Virus genome (UHGV): UHGV-0036156
Direction: 5' to 3' (one strand)
From: a virus
DNA: 33,121 nucleotides
The position numbers and the translations under genes are program-made. The notes under the pieces were generated by a model that worked only from the letters and a program-made list of their open reading frames with translations, was not told the DNA's origin and did no database searches. Shown here one piece after another: positions 1-8,927 of the stretch (position 1 is the stretch's first letter; each line of letters starts with the position of its first letter).

Positions 1-76
1 CAACTATCTGCTTTTCTTCTGGATCTTCTGGCGGTTGCCGCGCCACCGTCCGCGCAAAAAAGCCCTGATTCGCGGA
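1..76. other. Host flanking DNA to the left of the prophage end
   Basis: Sequence upstream of the TGTATTGATTCAC Mu-type terminus; 76 bp is too short to identify the disrupted host locus. Confidence 0.6.
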
Positions 77-81
77 TGTAT

Positions 82-103
82 TGATTCACGAGAAGTACGA
101 AAA
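82..103 (+). promoter_or_regulatory. Transposase end-binding site, L1-like
   Basis: TGATTCACGAGAAGTACGAAAA fits the MuA end-site consensus TGNTTCAYTNNAARYRCGAAAA, 5 bp inside the terminus. Confidence 0.75.
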
Positions 104-186
104 AAACCGGGAGGACATTGGATTATTCGGGATTTGACGGGATTAGATTTGGTGGGGCTTGCAAGCCTGTAGAGCAGATTTTAGCC

Positions 187-208
187 GTTAAGCCTTGAAA
201 TGCGAAAG
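187..208 (+). promoter_or_regulatory. Transposase end-binding site, L2-like
   Basis: ...CCTTGAAATGCGAAAG; partial match to the same consensus (ends in RYGCGAAAG). Confidence 0.5.
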
Positions 209-226
209 ATTGTTAAAAGTGGCTTT

Positions 227-248
227 TGTTTCATTAAAGATACGAAAA
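227..248 (+). promoter_or_regulatory. Transposase end-binding site, L3-like
   Basis: TGTTTCATTAAAGATACGAAAA, a full-length match to the end-site consensus. Confidence 0.65.
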
Positions 249-416
249 GCAGTTACTTCACACATCATTTCAATTGCAGCTTCAAAAATGCTTCAAATCC
301 GATAACAACCAGACCTTTGGCAAATGATGCATATCAAAAACAGCTTTTGCCGTTTCGGTATCTTACCCTCTTGGTTACTTGAGGGAAAGTGTGTGTTTTA
401 GCTAGGTTCCTGGTTG

Positions 417-944
417 TTATACGGTTTTTTTTACATCTTGTGGTTCTTGTGAAGGAGCTACAAGACCTTCCTGTTCATGAATACCATACTCTGGCAAAAT
501 CTCTTTGCGCGCATCTGCTGGTAATTTTTCTAGCATTTGGGCGAGTTGTATGCACTCACGCGATACGCCGTGCAGAGATTGGATTTGGGGCTGCTCAAAG
601 ATACTTGGCATTAGTGCTCCAAGTCCGCCTTTACTAAGTAGCTTTAATGCTCTCTGGATCTCCTCTGGTTCTAACTCTGCAACCAAAGTCATTAACACAG
701 AAGCTAACTTATCAGCTGGCTTATCGTTATCTAATAACTGCACCCCTCCTAATTCTGCCTGAGTGGTATCAGGTAATGAGCTGATATGGTATTCATAAGC
801 AACCCCCTTTACTCCTTTGATCTGCCTCTTTTTCCATCCCTCATTAGTTGCTTTGCGGCTAATACTACTTGCAGAAGACGGAAGACCAGCAACCCCTTGT
901 AGCTCTTTAGCTGAAAACCATTCTTGTGTCATCACAAACTCCAC
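417..944 (-). CDS. c: Mu c-type repressor; N-terminal DNA-binding domain shared with the transposase
   Basis: Minus-strand ORF diverging from ner. N-terminus ([31 protein letters not shown]...YEYHISSLP) is highly similar to the N-terminus of the A ORF. ORF track start is GTG at 944; an ATG at 932 preceded by GGAG is the more likely start. Confidence 0.85.
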   Translation of the reverse strand: MEFVMTQEWFSAKELQGVAGLPSSASSISRKATNEGWKKRQIKGVKGVAYEYHISSLPDTTQAELGGVQLLDNDKPADKLASVLMTLVAELEPEEIQRALKLLSKGGLGALMPSIFEQPQIQSLHGVSRECIQLAQMLEKLPADARKEILPEYGIHEQEGLVAPSQEPQDVKKTV

Positions 945-1123
945 TTTAAATACATGGTGTATTCAAAGAAATCAAAAATATATTCGCTTTAAAATCATTA
1001 GGATATGAGAATTTAAAGCAAAATATTTGAATACACTGTTGCATTGACAATGTATTCACACTAGCATTGCTGTATACCTTATCAGCTACCTTGCAGCGTA
1101 GCTGATGGCGTAGCTTGTGAGGA
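945..1123. promoter_or_regulatory. c-ner divergent control region (operators, early and repressor promoters, probable transposition enhancer)
   Basis: AT-rich 179-bp spacer between divergent c and ner. Repeated motif TGTATTCA/TGAATACA at 957-964, 1028-1035 and 1051-1058; TTGACA at 1044-1049; 9-bp perfect inverted repeat ATCAGCTAC-n8-GTAGCTGAT at 1081-1106. Confidence 0.6.
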
Positions 1124-1351
1124 TTGCATTTTATGGCGATAAAGAAAAGTAAATGTGAAGACAAAAGCAGATACGACATTGTTGCTGATCTGCGCAAAAG
1201 AGGAAAAAGCCTAGCAGCTCTTGGGCGTGAGAACGGTCTCTCTATCTCTACGGTAAAAAATGCCTTGGATAAACCTTACCCTCGGGGTGAAAGAATCATT
1301 GCCGATGCATTGGGAGTTGAGCCACGAGACATCTGGCCTTCGAGGTATTGA
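1124..1351 (+). CDS. ner: Ner-like DNA-binding protein (early negative regulator)
   Basis: Approx 72-aa protein ending ...[21 protein letters not shown], characteristic of Ner/Nlp. ORF track start is TTG at 1124; ATG at 1133 with upstream GAGGA is the likely start. Stop overlaps the start of A. Confidence 0.85.
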
Positions 1352-3354
1352 AAATGCAACCACAATGTAATGATTGGTTTTCTGCAAAGAAACTAGAAGG
1401 GTTGATAGGTCTTCCAAAATCCTCTAGCGCGATCTCTCGTAAAGCAAGGTTAGAACAGTGGGTGTTTCGACAAATACACGGGGTAAGAGGAGTAGCTTAT
1501 GAGTTTCATATCTCATCTTTACCAAAGGAAACGCAAGCTGCGTTATTGCTTAGACAAGGAGAGATTGAAACAAGCCAGGGCCGTTTTGAAATCGCCCGCC
1601 CCACGCTGGAAGCTCATGATTATGATCGTGAGGCACTGTGGAGCAAATGGGATAACGCCAGCGATTCCCAGCGCAGACTTGCTGAAAAATGGTTGCCTGC
1701 GATTCAGACTGCAGACGAAATGCTGAACCAGGGGATTTCAACGAAAACGGCTTTTGCAACCGTTGCTGGACATTACCAAGTCAGCGCATCCACTTTGCGG
1801 GACAAGTATTACCAGGTACAGAAGTTTGCGAAGCCTGACTGGGCGGCTGCGCTTGTTGATGGACGTGGTGCATCCCGTCGCAACGTTCACAAAAGTGAAT
1901 TTGACGAGGATGCCTGGCAGTTTCTGATTGCAGATTATCTGCGACCGGAAAAACCCGCCTTTCGCAAATGTTATGAGCGTCTGGAACTGGCAGCACGTGA
2001 GCATGGCTGGAATATTCCCTCCCGTGCCACGGCCTTTCGCCGGATTCAGCAACTGGACGAGGCAATGGTTGTTGCCTGTCGTGAAGGTGAACATGCACTG
2101 ATGCATCTGATACCGGCACAGCAGCGAACTGTGGAACACCTGGACGCCATGCAGTGGATCAACGGCGACGGTTATCTGCATAACGTCTTTGTACGCTGGT
2201 TTAACGGCGATGTGATCCGTCCGAAAACATGGTTCTGGCAGGATGTGAAAACCCGAAAAATTCTGGGCTGGCGCTGCGATGTGAGCGAGAACATTGATTC
2301 AATTCGCCTCTCGTTCATGGATGTTGTGACTCGCTACGGTATCCCGGAGGATTTTCACATCACCATTGATAACACCCGTGGTGCTGCGAATAAATGGCTG
2401 ACGGGAGGCGCGCCCAATCGCTACCGCTTTAAAGTGAAAGAAGACGATCCAAAGGGGTTGTTTTTACTGATGGGTGCGAAAATGCACTGGACAAGCGTTG
2501 TTGCCGGTAAAGGCTGGGGCCAGGCAAAACCTGTTGAACGTGCTTTCGGTGTTGGTGGGCTTGAGGAATACGTTGATAAGCATCCGGCACTGGCTGGCGC
2601 ATATACGGGGCCGAATCCGCAGGCAAAACCTGATAACTATGGCGACCGCGCTGTTGATGCAGAGCTGTTTCTGAAAACCCTTGCCGAAGGTGTGGCGATG
2701 TTCAATGCCAGAACAGGCCGTGAAACAGAAATGTGCGGAGGCAAACTTTCGTTTGATGACGTTTTTGAGCGTGAATACGCCAGAACGATTGTGCGTAAGC
2801 CAACCGAAGAACAAAAACGGATGCTGTTACTGCCTGCCGAGGCGGTGAACGTTTCACGCAAAGGCGAGTTTACGCTTAAAGTTGGCGGCTCCCTTAAAGG
2901 CGCGAAAAACGTTTATTACAACATGGCATTAATGAATGCCGGCGTGAAAAAAGTTGTGGTCAGGTTTGATCCACAGCAGCTACACAGCACGGTTTATTGC
3001 TACACCCTGGACGGCCGGTTTATCTGTGAAGCGGAATGTCTGGCACCAGTTGCATTTAATGATGCTGCGGCAGGCCGTGAGTATCGTCGACGCCAGAAAC
3101 AACTGAAATCTGCAACTAAAGCAGCCATTAAGGCGCAGAAACAAATGGACGCGCTGGAAGTTGCTGAACTGCTGCCGCAGATAGCCGAACCAGCAGCACC
3201 AGAATCAAGGGTTGTTGGTATTTTCCGGCCTTCCGGTAACACGGTGCAGGTGAAATACCAGGAAACCGATGATGAATATGAAACTGATCGTGATGAATAT
3301 CTGAATCACTCGCTGGATATTCTGGAACAGAACAGACGTAAAAAAGCCATTTAA
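1348..3354 (+). CDS. A: MuA-type DDE transposase
   Basis: About 666 aa, immediately after ner; N-terminal domain is homologous to the repressor N-terminus. ORF track start is TTG at 1348; ATG at 1354 is the likely start. Confidence 0.95.
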
Positions 3355-3391
3355 TTAACGTTTAAACAAAATTTATTACGAGGTTATTCAG

Positions 3392-4330
3392 ATGAATATT
3401 TCTGATATTCGCGCAGGACTGCGCACGCTTGTAGAAAGCGAAAAAACAACTTATGCGCAAATCGCCCGCGAATCTGGAGTTGCCGCAGGAACGTTAAGCG
3501 CGTTCGTGAATAACAAGTACAACGGCGATAATGAGCGTGTTGCGCAGACGCTGGAACGCTGGCTGGAGAACTATCACCGCGCCGCAGAACTGCCAGAACC
3601 CCCTCGTTTTGTGGAAACCAGAACAGCACGTCAAATCTGGACGAGTATGCGCTTTGCCAGCCTGACTGAAAGTATTTCCGTTATCTGCGGTAATCCAGGT
3701 GTGGGAAAAACTGAAGCAGCCCGCGAATTTCGTCGCACCAATAACAATGTCTGGATGATCACCATTACCCCATCCTGCGCCAGTGTTCTGGAATGCCTGA
3801 CTGAACTGGCTTATGAACTGGGAATGAATGACGCACCGCGTCGTAAAGGGCCACTCTCCCGCGCTTTGAGACGCCGTCTCGAAGGTACACAGGGGCTGGT
3901 CATTATCGACGAAGCTGATCATCTTGGCGCAGAAGTTCTGGAAGAACTCCGCCTGTTACAGGAATCCGCCCGTATTGGTCTTGTTCTGATGGGGAATCAC
4001 CGCGTTTATTCAAATATGACCGGCGGAAACAGAACGGTTGAATTTGCCCGCCTGTTTTCCCGTATTGCAAAACGGACGGCAATCAATAAAACCAAAATTG
4101 ATGATGTAAAGGCCATTGCGGATGCCTGGCAAATTACCGGCGAAAACGAGCGGGAATTATTACAGCAGATTGCGCAAAAGCCAGGTGCACTTCGTATCCT
4201 GAACCACTCGCTGCGCCTTGCTGCCATGACGGCCCACGGCAAAGGTGAACGTGTTAATGAAGATTATCTGCGTCAGGCTTTCCGTGAATTAGACCTGGAT
4301 GTTGATATTTCAACCCTGCTGCGTACGTAA
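3392..4330 (+). CDS. B: MuB-type AAA+ ATPase, transposition target-capture protein
   Basis: 312 aa with Walker A GNPGVGKT and Walker [11 protein letters not shown], directly downstream of A. Confidence 0.95.
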   Translation: MNISDIRAGLRTLVESEKTTYAQIARESGVAAGTLSAFVNNKYNGDNERVAQTLERWLENYHRAAELPEPPRFVETRTARQIWTSMRFASLTESISVICGNPGVGKTEAAREFRRTNNNVWMITITPSCASVLECLTELAYELGMNDAPRRKGPLSRALRRRLEGTQGLVIIDEADHLGAEVLEELRLLQESARIGLVLMGNHRVYSNMTGGNRTVEFARLFSRIAKRTAINKTKIDDVKAIADAWQITGENERELLQQIAQKPGALRILNHSLRLAAMTAHGKGERVNEDYLRQAFRELDLDVDISTLLRT

Positions 4331-4343
4331 GGAGAGAAAAATC

Positions 4344-4571
4344 ATGATGTCACGGAATATCAAAATGGCGACTGAAGTAAAGACCTGGTTACAGGCGCGC
4401 GGCAGCTACGTTAATGAGTCATATCTCGGTGTTGCACGCCCGATTCTTGAAATTACCTGCCCACCACCGGAACTGGTCAGGAACGCCGTCAGAATTATGG
4501 AGCATAAATCAGGGGTTGCCCGTTCAGTATGGACGGCCCGCCTGAATGGTTGTCAGATAATCTGGAGATAG
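4344..4571 (+). CDS. Small early protein, function unknown (occupies the kil/cim position of Mu)
   Basis: ATGATG start 6-8 nt after AAGGAGAG, which overlaps the B stop; 75 aa. ORF track extends upstream to 4299 within B. Confidence 0.55.
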   Translation: MMSRNIKMATEVKTWLQARGSYVNESYLGVARPILEITCPPPELVRNAVRIMEHKSGVARSVWTARLNGCQIIWR

Positions 4572-4578
4572 CATTTAA

Positions 4579-4791
4579 ATGATGGTGATAAATATTCACG
4601 ATAGTCTGGGAATTGGTCGGTTAATTAACCTTGATAATGTCAATGTGATGGAATCAACTGTTAACGGTGATGTTATTTTTGAATTTGTTGATGGTCGAAG
4701 GCTGGCTGTTCATGTCGGCAACCATCATCACGCAGAAAATGTGTTTTGTGAACTTAACGAAATCACAAATGCAACGCCCGTTAATCAATAA
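4579..4791 (+). CDS. Small early protein, function unknown
   Basis: 70-aa ORF tightly packed in the early operon; weak GGAGA upstream. Confidence 0.45.
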   Translation: MMVINIHDSLGIGRLINLDNVNVMESTVNGDVIFEFVDGRRLAVHVGNHHHAENVFCELNEITNATPVNQ

Positions 4792-4804
4792 GCAGGAAAT
4801 GAAA

Positions 4805-5074
4805 ATGGCAAAAGTAATCTTTGAATTTAACAATACAGAAAATATTGAGTTTCAGGAAAATGGAGGTTTTGCCGTAAATATGAATGTGCGACTGGAAGAA
4901 TCCTCACCTGAGGACCAGACCGGGCCACATGATGTAATGGCAGGCATCATCAAGAGCATGGCTCCTGAAATCATTAAAAAAGCGACCGAGGAGTTGTTGA
5001 AATCAGCCAGGGAGCTTGGGCTGGAAGCTGAGGGGGAACTATTCAGCTATAACCCAAATGCAGCCAGACATTAA
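4805..5074 (+). CDS. Small acidic early protein, function unknown
   Basis: AGGA 7 nt upstream of ATG at 4805 (ORF track frame 4667..5074). About 89 aa with 16 acidic versus 8 basic residues. Confidence 0.55.
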   Translation: MAKVIFEFNNTENIEFQENGGFAVNMNVRLEESSPEDQTGPHDVMAGIIKSMAPEIIKKATEELLKSARELGLEAEGELFSYNPNAARH

Positions 5075-5094
5075 TTCACAAAGGAACGCTGACA

Positions 5095-5514
5095 ATGAAC
5101 GTCAAAATCCGAAATGAAATTCAGGCATTAATCCGAATTCAGGAACGCAATAACAACGGTGGTGAATTACGCGAGTTTATTTGCGCCCGGAAAGTTGATG
5201 ATTGTGGTGAAAAGACTTACCTGATTGCTTTCGACCATTACAGCATCTGTGCGCGTTATTGCGGCGAAAGTATATCCCGCGCCATTGCATTTGGCGGTGC
5301 GTTCAACGTGGATTTATGGGAGTACGTCATGGACCGGGAATACATCTGCGCATCAGACCCTGAAGCCCGTGAAATGTGGCAGCGTATCTGGCGCGATTAC
5401 CGGTTAATGGCAAAAGGCTGGGCGCACTGCTGTTATTCCTCGCTTGCCCTGAAAGCGGTTCAGCTATCGCTGCGGCATATTCCGGCATCGCAGCGTGAGC
5501 CTCTGCTGTACTGA
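5095..5514 (+). CDS. Early protein, function unknown, Cys-rich
   Basis: 139-aa ORF with AAGGAA 10 nt upstream; same strand and packing as neighbours. Confidence 0.6.
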   Translation: MNVKIRNEIQALIRIQERNNNGGELREFICARKVDDCGEKTYLIAFDHYSICARYCGESISRAIAFGGAFNVDLWEYVMDREYICASDPEAREMWQRIWRDYRLMAKGWAHCCYSSLALKAVQLSLRHIPASQREPLLY

Positions 5515-5814
5515 ATGGTGGCTGACATGAAGTGTCATCGTAAACGCTGGTCACGCGAAGACCGGGAATTTATCGAAGCCAACGTCGGGAAAATGACCGT
5601 TGAAGAAATGGCGGAAAAACTGAAAGTCGCCACAACCGCCCTCCGGGCACATGCCAGAAGGCACGGAATATCATTGTGTGTATACCGAATCAGTGAACAC
5701 GACAAATATTTATGCCGTGAACTTTATAAAGAAGGGCTGGATATTCATGTCATTGCCCGAAAGATGGAATTAAGCAATCGAGCTGTATCCAGCATTGTAT
5801 ACAGCGGATATTAA
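5515..5814 (+). CDS. Putative small DNA-binding protein with two helix-turn-helix-like repeats
   Basis: Two repeats of a W/Y-x-x-E-D ... G-x-T/S-x-x-E-I/M-A ... pattern (RWSREDREFIEANVGKMTVEEMAEKL and DKYLCRELYKEGLDIHVIARKMEL). Start may be the ATG at 5527. Confidence 0.55.
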   Translation: MVADMKCHRKRWSREDREFIEANVGKMTVEEMAEKLKVATTALRAHARRHGISLCVYRISEHDKYLCRELYKEGLDIHVIARKMELSNRAVSSIVYSGY

Positions 5815-5833
5815 TTAACAGGAGCTTTAATTT

Positions 5834-6358
5834 ATGGCTAAACCAGCAAAACGCATCAAAAGTGCCGCAGCGGCTTATGTGCCACAAAACCGCGATGCGG
5901 TGATTACCGATATTAAACGCATCGGGGATTTACAGCGCGAAGCATCACGTCTGGAAACAGAAATGAATGATGCCATCGCGGAAATTACGGAGAAATTTGC
6001 GGCCCGGATTGCACCGCTTAAAACCGATATTGAAACCCTTTCAAAAGGCGTTCAGGGATGGTGTGAAGCGAACCGCGACGAACTGACGAACGGCGGCAAA
6101 GTGAAGACGGCGAATCTTGTCACCGGTGATGTATCGTGGCGGGTCCGTCCACCATCAGTAAGTATTCGTGGTATGGATGCAGTGATGGAAACGCTGGAGC
6201 GTCTTGGCCTGCAACGCTTTATTCGTACGAAGCAGGAAATCAACAAAGAAGCAATTCTGAATGAACCAGGCGCAGTTGCCGGTGTTGCCGGAATTACGGT
6301 TAAGTCTGGAATTGAAGATTTTTCCATTATCCCGTTTGAACAGGAAGCCGGTATTTAA
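5834..6358 (+). CDS. gam: Gam-like DNA-end-binding, host-nuclease inhibitor protein
   Basis: 174 aa, the length of Mu Gam, at the syntenic position after the early accessory genes. Confidence 0.8.
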   Translation: MAKPAKRIKSAAAAYVPQNRDAVITDIKRIGDLQREASRLETEMNDAIAEITEKFAARIAPLKTDIETLSKGVQGWCEANRDELTNGGKVKTANLVTGDVSWRVRPPSVSIRGMDAVMETLERLGLQRFIRTKQEINKEAILNEPGAVAGVAGITVKSGIEDFSIIPFEQEAGI

Positions 6359-6398
6359 TACCAGCATTAATATTTAATTAATTAACTTTCTTTTAATT

Positions 6399-6707
6399 AT
6401 GGCGCGATGCGTCAGGGAATTGCTCGCGCCTGAATCTGAAATGGTGATATTTATGACGAATCAGGAAATGAAAGAATGCATTGTCTCTTTATGTGCATGG
6501 CATAAAGCACGCGTGGATGAATGTCGTTTTTTTATCGATAAAAAAGATGCGGATATTACCTTCGACAATGACGGTGAGAAATGTGTTATCCCTGCACATT
6601 CAAAGGAAGCAAACCTTCTGAGACTTGGGGCAAGGCTTGCCCTTTTCATATTCGAAAAATTTCCTGTAACGCTGAATATAAAGGATGACGAAGATGACGA
6701 GGAATAA
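6399..6707 (+). CDS. Early protein with acidic C-terminal tail, function unknown
   Basis: ORF ending ...NIKDDEDDEE; true start uncertain (ATG at 6441 or 6453). Confidence 0.5.
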   Translation: MARCVRELLAPESEMVIFMTNQEMKECIVSLCAWHKARVDECRFFIDKKDADITFDNDGEKCVIPAHSKEANLLRLGARLALFIFEKFPVTLNIKDDEDDEE

Positions 6708-6921
6708 GCAACAAGCACCGGAAATAACAGCGGAGATGTTGATTAAAGACAGCGCCGAATGCCTGGCATCAGTACCTGCATTGATTCAACAGGCGAATGC
6801 AAAAAATCTCCGTCGTGCAGCTTCGTTTATTCGTGCAGGCATTGCCCGCCAGATGATGATTGCGCAGATGTGTATGCGCGAAGCACAGCGTCTGGAACAT
6901 ATGGAGGCAAATAGTGATTAA
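6685..6921 (+). CDS. Small early protein, function unknown
   Basis: ORF overlapping the previous stop; ATG at 6694 with AAGGA upstream is a plausible start. Confidence 0.5.
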   Translation: MTKMTRNKQQAPEITAEMLIKDSAECLASVPALIQQANAKNLRRAASFIRAGIARQMMIAQMCMREAQRLEHMEANSD

Positions 6922-7096
6922 GTCAATTGGCTTTGTCCTGCTGGTTAGCACCTGCGGGAACGATGCCTGCGATGCCATACCTGTAACGGAAAGAATCTGG
7001 CCCACGGAGCAGATATGCAGGCAGGTGATGAAACATGTGCAAAAACGTTATCCCAATGAGATTTTTTATTGCGAGGAAGTATTACGAAATGAATAA
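6914..7096 (+). CDS. Possible small secreted or lipoprotein-like protein
   Basis: GTG at 6914 lies 6 nt after GGAGG. N-terminus IKSIGFVLLVSTC looks like a signal peptide with a non-canonical lipobox; five Cys. ORF track frame 6860..7096. Confidence 0.3.
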   Translation: MIKSIGFVLLVSTCGNDACDAIPVTERIWPTEQICRQVMKHVQKRYPNEIFYCEEVLRNE

Positions 7097-7247
7097 CGTA
7101 AACGAAAAGCAGGAATGCCCGACCTGCGGTAATGAAGCCCCTGAATATCTGAAAGAGTGTCCCCATTGTGGCGGGCAGAAATGCAATTACTGCGATATGG
7201 GCGATGACACGGCGTGCATGAATTGTGAAGGTGAACAGAATGAATAA
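7089..7247 (+). CDS. Small zinc-ribbon protein (four CxxC pairs)
   Basis: MNNVNEKQECPTCG...CPHCGGQKCNYC...CMNCEGEQNE, about 52 aa. ORF track frame 7035..7247; the ATG at 7089 is chosen as start. Confidence 0.5.
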   Translation: MNNVNEKQECPTCGNEAPEYLKECPHCGGQKCNYCDMGDDTACMNCEGEQNE

Positions 7248-7551
7248 TGGCGTATTTACAAAATCAGAAGAACTTACGGCCCTGCTGATTGCCGGTGGTT
7301 TACCGGAAAACGAGGTCAACGACTTTGTGGCCTTTGTATATGCCCCGTCTTACGAACAGGCTATTGATGAGGTCATGGCGTACCGACTGGGCATTGTTGC
7401 TGAGTCACTGAGTCCTCACTGGATTATTGAAAATCTCCGCACTATTGCTGATGGCAACGATAAAGTGGCGGCTGTCGCCGCCCTTGATGTGCTGCAACGT
7501 ATGAACCGGGAACTATTCAATCCCGAGTTTCTTTTTAAGAAACGAGGTTAA
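7240..7551 (+). CDS. Early protein, function unknown
   Basis: ORF track 7225..7551; the ATG at 7240 follows GAAGGTGA at good spacing. Confidence 0.5.
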   Translation: MNNGVFTKSEELTALLIAGGLPENEVNDFVAFVYAPSYEQAIDEVMAYRLGIVAESLSPHWIIENLRTIADGNDKVAAVAALDVLQRMNRELFNPEFLFKKRG

Positions 7552-7929
7552 CCACTGTTTGCCGACGTCTGTTACGAGCGTCATCGGGGCGTCGGCAAGC
7601 TCCTGTTTTATACGCTCAAGAATGGGTTTTTGATGTAGTGCTTTCGCAAAATCATGACCATCTTGTGTGAGTCTGACACTGGTGCCTGAATATGAATATC
7701 CGAGGCTTGTCGGGGTGAGACCAATGCTTTTTGCGGTGCCTGTTTCCAGATATCTGTTGCTGATAAAACCATTTTCAACCAGCAACAGAAGATGGAAAAC
7801 CAGCTTCTGATGGCTGTCGCTGTGCCGCTGAGAACGATCCCAGCCGACATCTTCCAGTCGAATGAATGCAGTGTCGGCCTCCAGGAATACATCAAATATT
7901 CTGGCTATCTCGTCATAATCAATTTTCAT
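7513..7929 (-). CDS. Counter-oriented accessory gene (138 aa), function unknown
   Basis: Only sizeable ORF in 7552..7942, antisense to the early operon. AAGGAA 6 nt upstream of its ATG; 3' end overlaps the converging plus-strand gene by 39 bp. Confidence 0.6.
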   Translation of the reverse strand: MKIDYDEIARIFDVFLEADTAFIRLEDVGWDRSQRHSDSHQKLVFHLLLLVENGFISNRYLETGTAKSIGLTPTSLGYSYSGTSVRLTQDGHDFAKALHQKPILERIKQELADAPMTLVTDVGKQWLTSFLKKKLGIE

Positions 7930-7959
7930 ATCTCATTCCTTAATATGAGAGGTGAGCAA

Positions 7960-8511
7960 GTGAATCGCACATCGCTTATTAAATTAATCCATGTCGCCCG
8001 TCGGGAGCTACAACTCGACGACGACACCTACCGTGCCTTTCTGATGCAGAACACGGGCAAAATCAGTTGCCGTGAGCTGACCGTCGCGCAACTGGAGCTG
8101 GTGCTCGATGCCATGAAAGAACGCGGTTTTAAGAAGCAGAATAAACACCCACGCCGTCGCTTTAATGGGCATGTAACGCCCCGCGAAAAGGTATTAAAAA
8201 TCTGGCAGCAAATGGCAGAAGACGGTTTTATTGCCGATGGCAGTGATACAGCACTGGATAAATACGTCGAACGACTGACAGCCAGACGTAATGGCGGACA
8301 GGGTGTTTCCACGCTGGCGTGGTGTCACGGAGAATCGTTACAAATTGTGCTTGAAACCCTGAAACAGTGGCACATCCGCTGTATCCGTGAAGCCTTTTCC
8401 CGTTATGGGCTCCCGTTGCCGGTCAGCCCGTCCGGGCGTGAACTGCGTGGCTATGATGCCATGACAGCAGCTTATGCCCGTGCAAGAAAAACACGGAGAC
8501 TGGCACAATGA
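7960..8511 (+). CDS. GemA-like protein (Mu gp16 family)
   Basis: Begins (M)NRTSLIKLIHVARRELQLDDDTYRAF, resembling my recollection of the Mu GemA N-terminus; immediately upstream of mor. GTG at 7960 after GAGAGGTGAG, or ATG at 7943. Confidence 0.7.
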   Translation: MNRTSLIKLIHVARRELQLDDDTYRAFLMQNTGKISCRELTVAQLELVLDAMKERGFKKQNKHPRRRFNGHVTPREKVLKIWQQMAEDGFIADGSDTALDKYVERLTARRNGGQGVSTLAWCHGESLQIVLETLKQWHIRCIREAFSRYGLPLPVSPSGRELRGYDAMTAAYARARKTRRLAQ

Positions 8512-8897
8512 CGCAGGATTTGTTTGGCGACTTTCAGGATGACAGTATCCTGGCTCATCTTGACAATGAATCCGGGGATACGTCACGATTTCCGGCACTG
8601 CTGGCGGAACTGAACGATGTGCTGCGTCAGGAACTGTCCCGGCTGGGCGTTGAACCTGCGCACTCTCTGGAGATTGTTGTGGCTATCTGTAAACATCTTG
8701 GCGGTGGTCAGGTCTATATTCCTCGTGGGCAGGTGCTGGATTCACTGGTTCGGGATTTACGAATCTGGAATGATTTTAACGGGCGCAATGTTCACGAACT
8801 GGCAATTCGTTATGGTGTGACGTTTAACACTGTCTATAAAGCCATCCGACGAATGCGGCGTATAAAGTATCGTCAGTATCAACCCCCTCTGTTTTAA
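8508..8897 (+). CDS. mor: Mor-like middle-operon transcription activator (Mor/C family)
   Basis: 129 aa, the length of Mu Mor; clear paralogue of the C-like protein at 10257 (shared GG-Q-YIPRG ... FNGRN ... YK-I-R-R motifs); last gene before the early terminator. Confidence 0.85.
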   Translation: MTQDLFGDFQDDSILAHLDNESGDTSRFPALLAELNDVLRQELSRLGVEPAHSLEIVVAICKHLGGGQVYIPRGQVLDSLVRDLRIWNDFNGRNVHELAIRYGVTFNTVYKAIRRMRRIKYRQYQPPLF

Positions 8898-8902
8898 ACA
8901 GT

Positions 8903-8927
8903 AAAGCCGGTTAATCCGGCTTTTTTT
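8903..8927 (+). terminator. Rho-independent terminator at the end of the early operon
   Basis: AAAGCCGG-TTAAT-CCGGCTTT hairpin followed by a run of seven T, 6 nt after the mor stop. Confidence 0.8.

Noticed and set aside
200-637. Plus-strand ORFs of 60-85 aa across the prophage end and the 3' part of the repressor gene
   Set aside because: They overlap the transposase end-binding repeats and the better-supported minus-strand repressor gene; no ribosome-binding sites.
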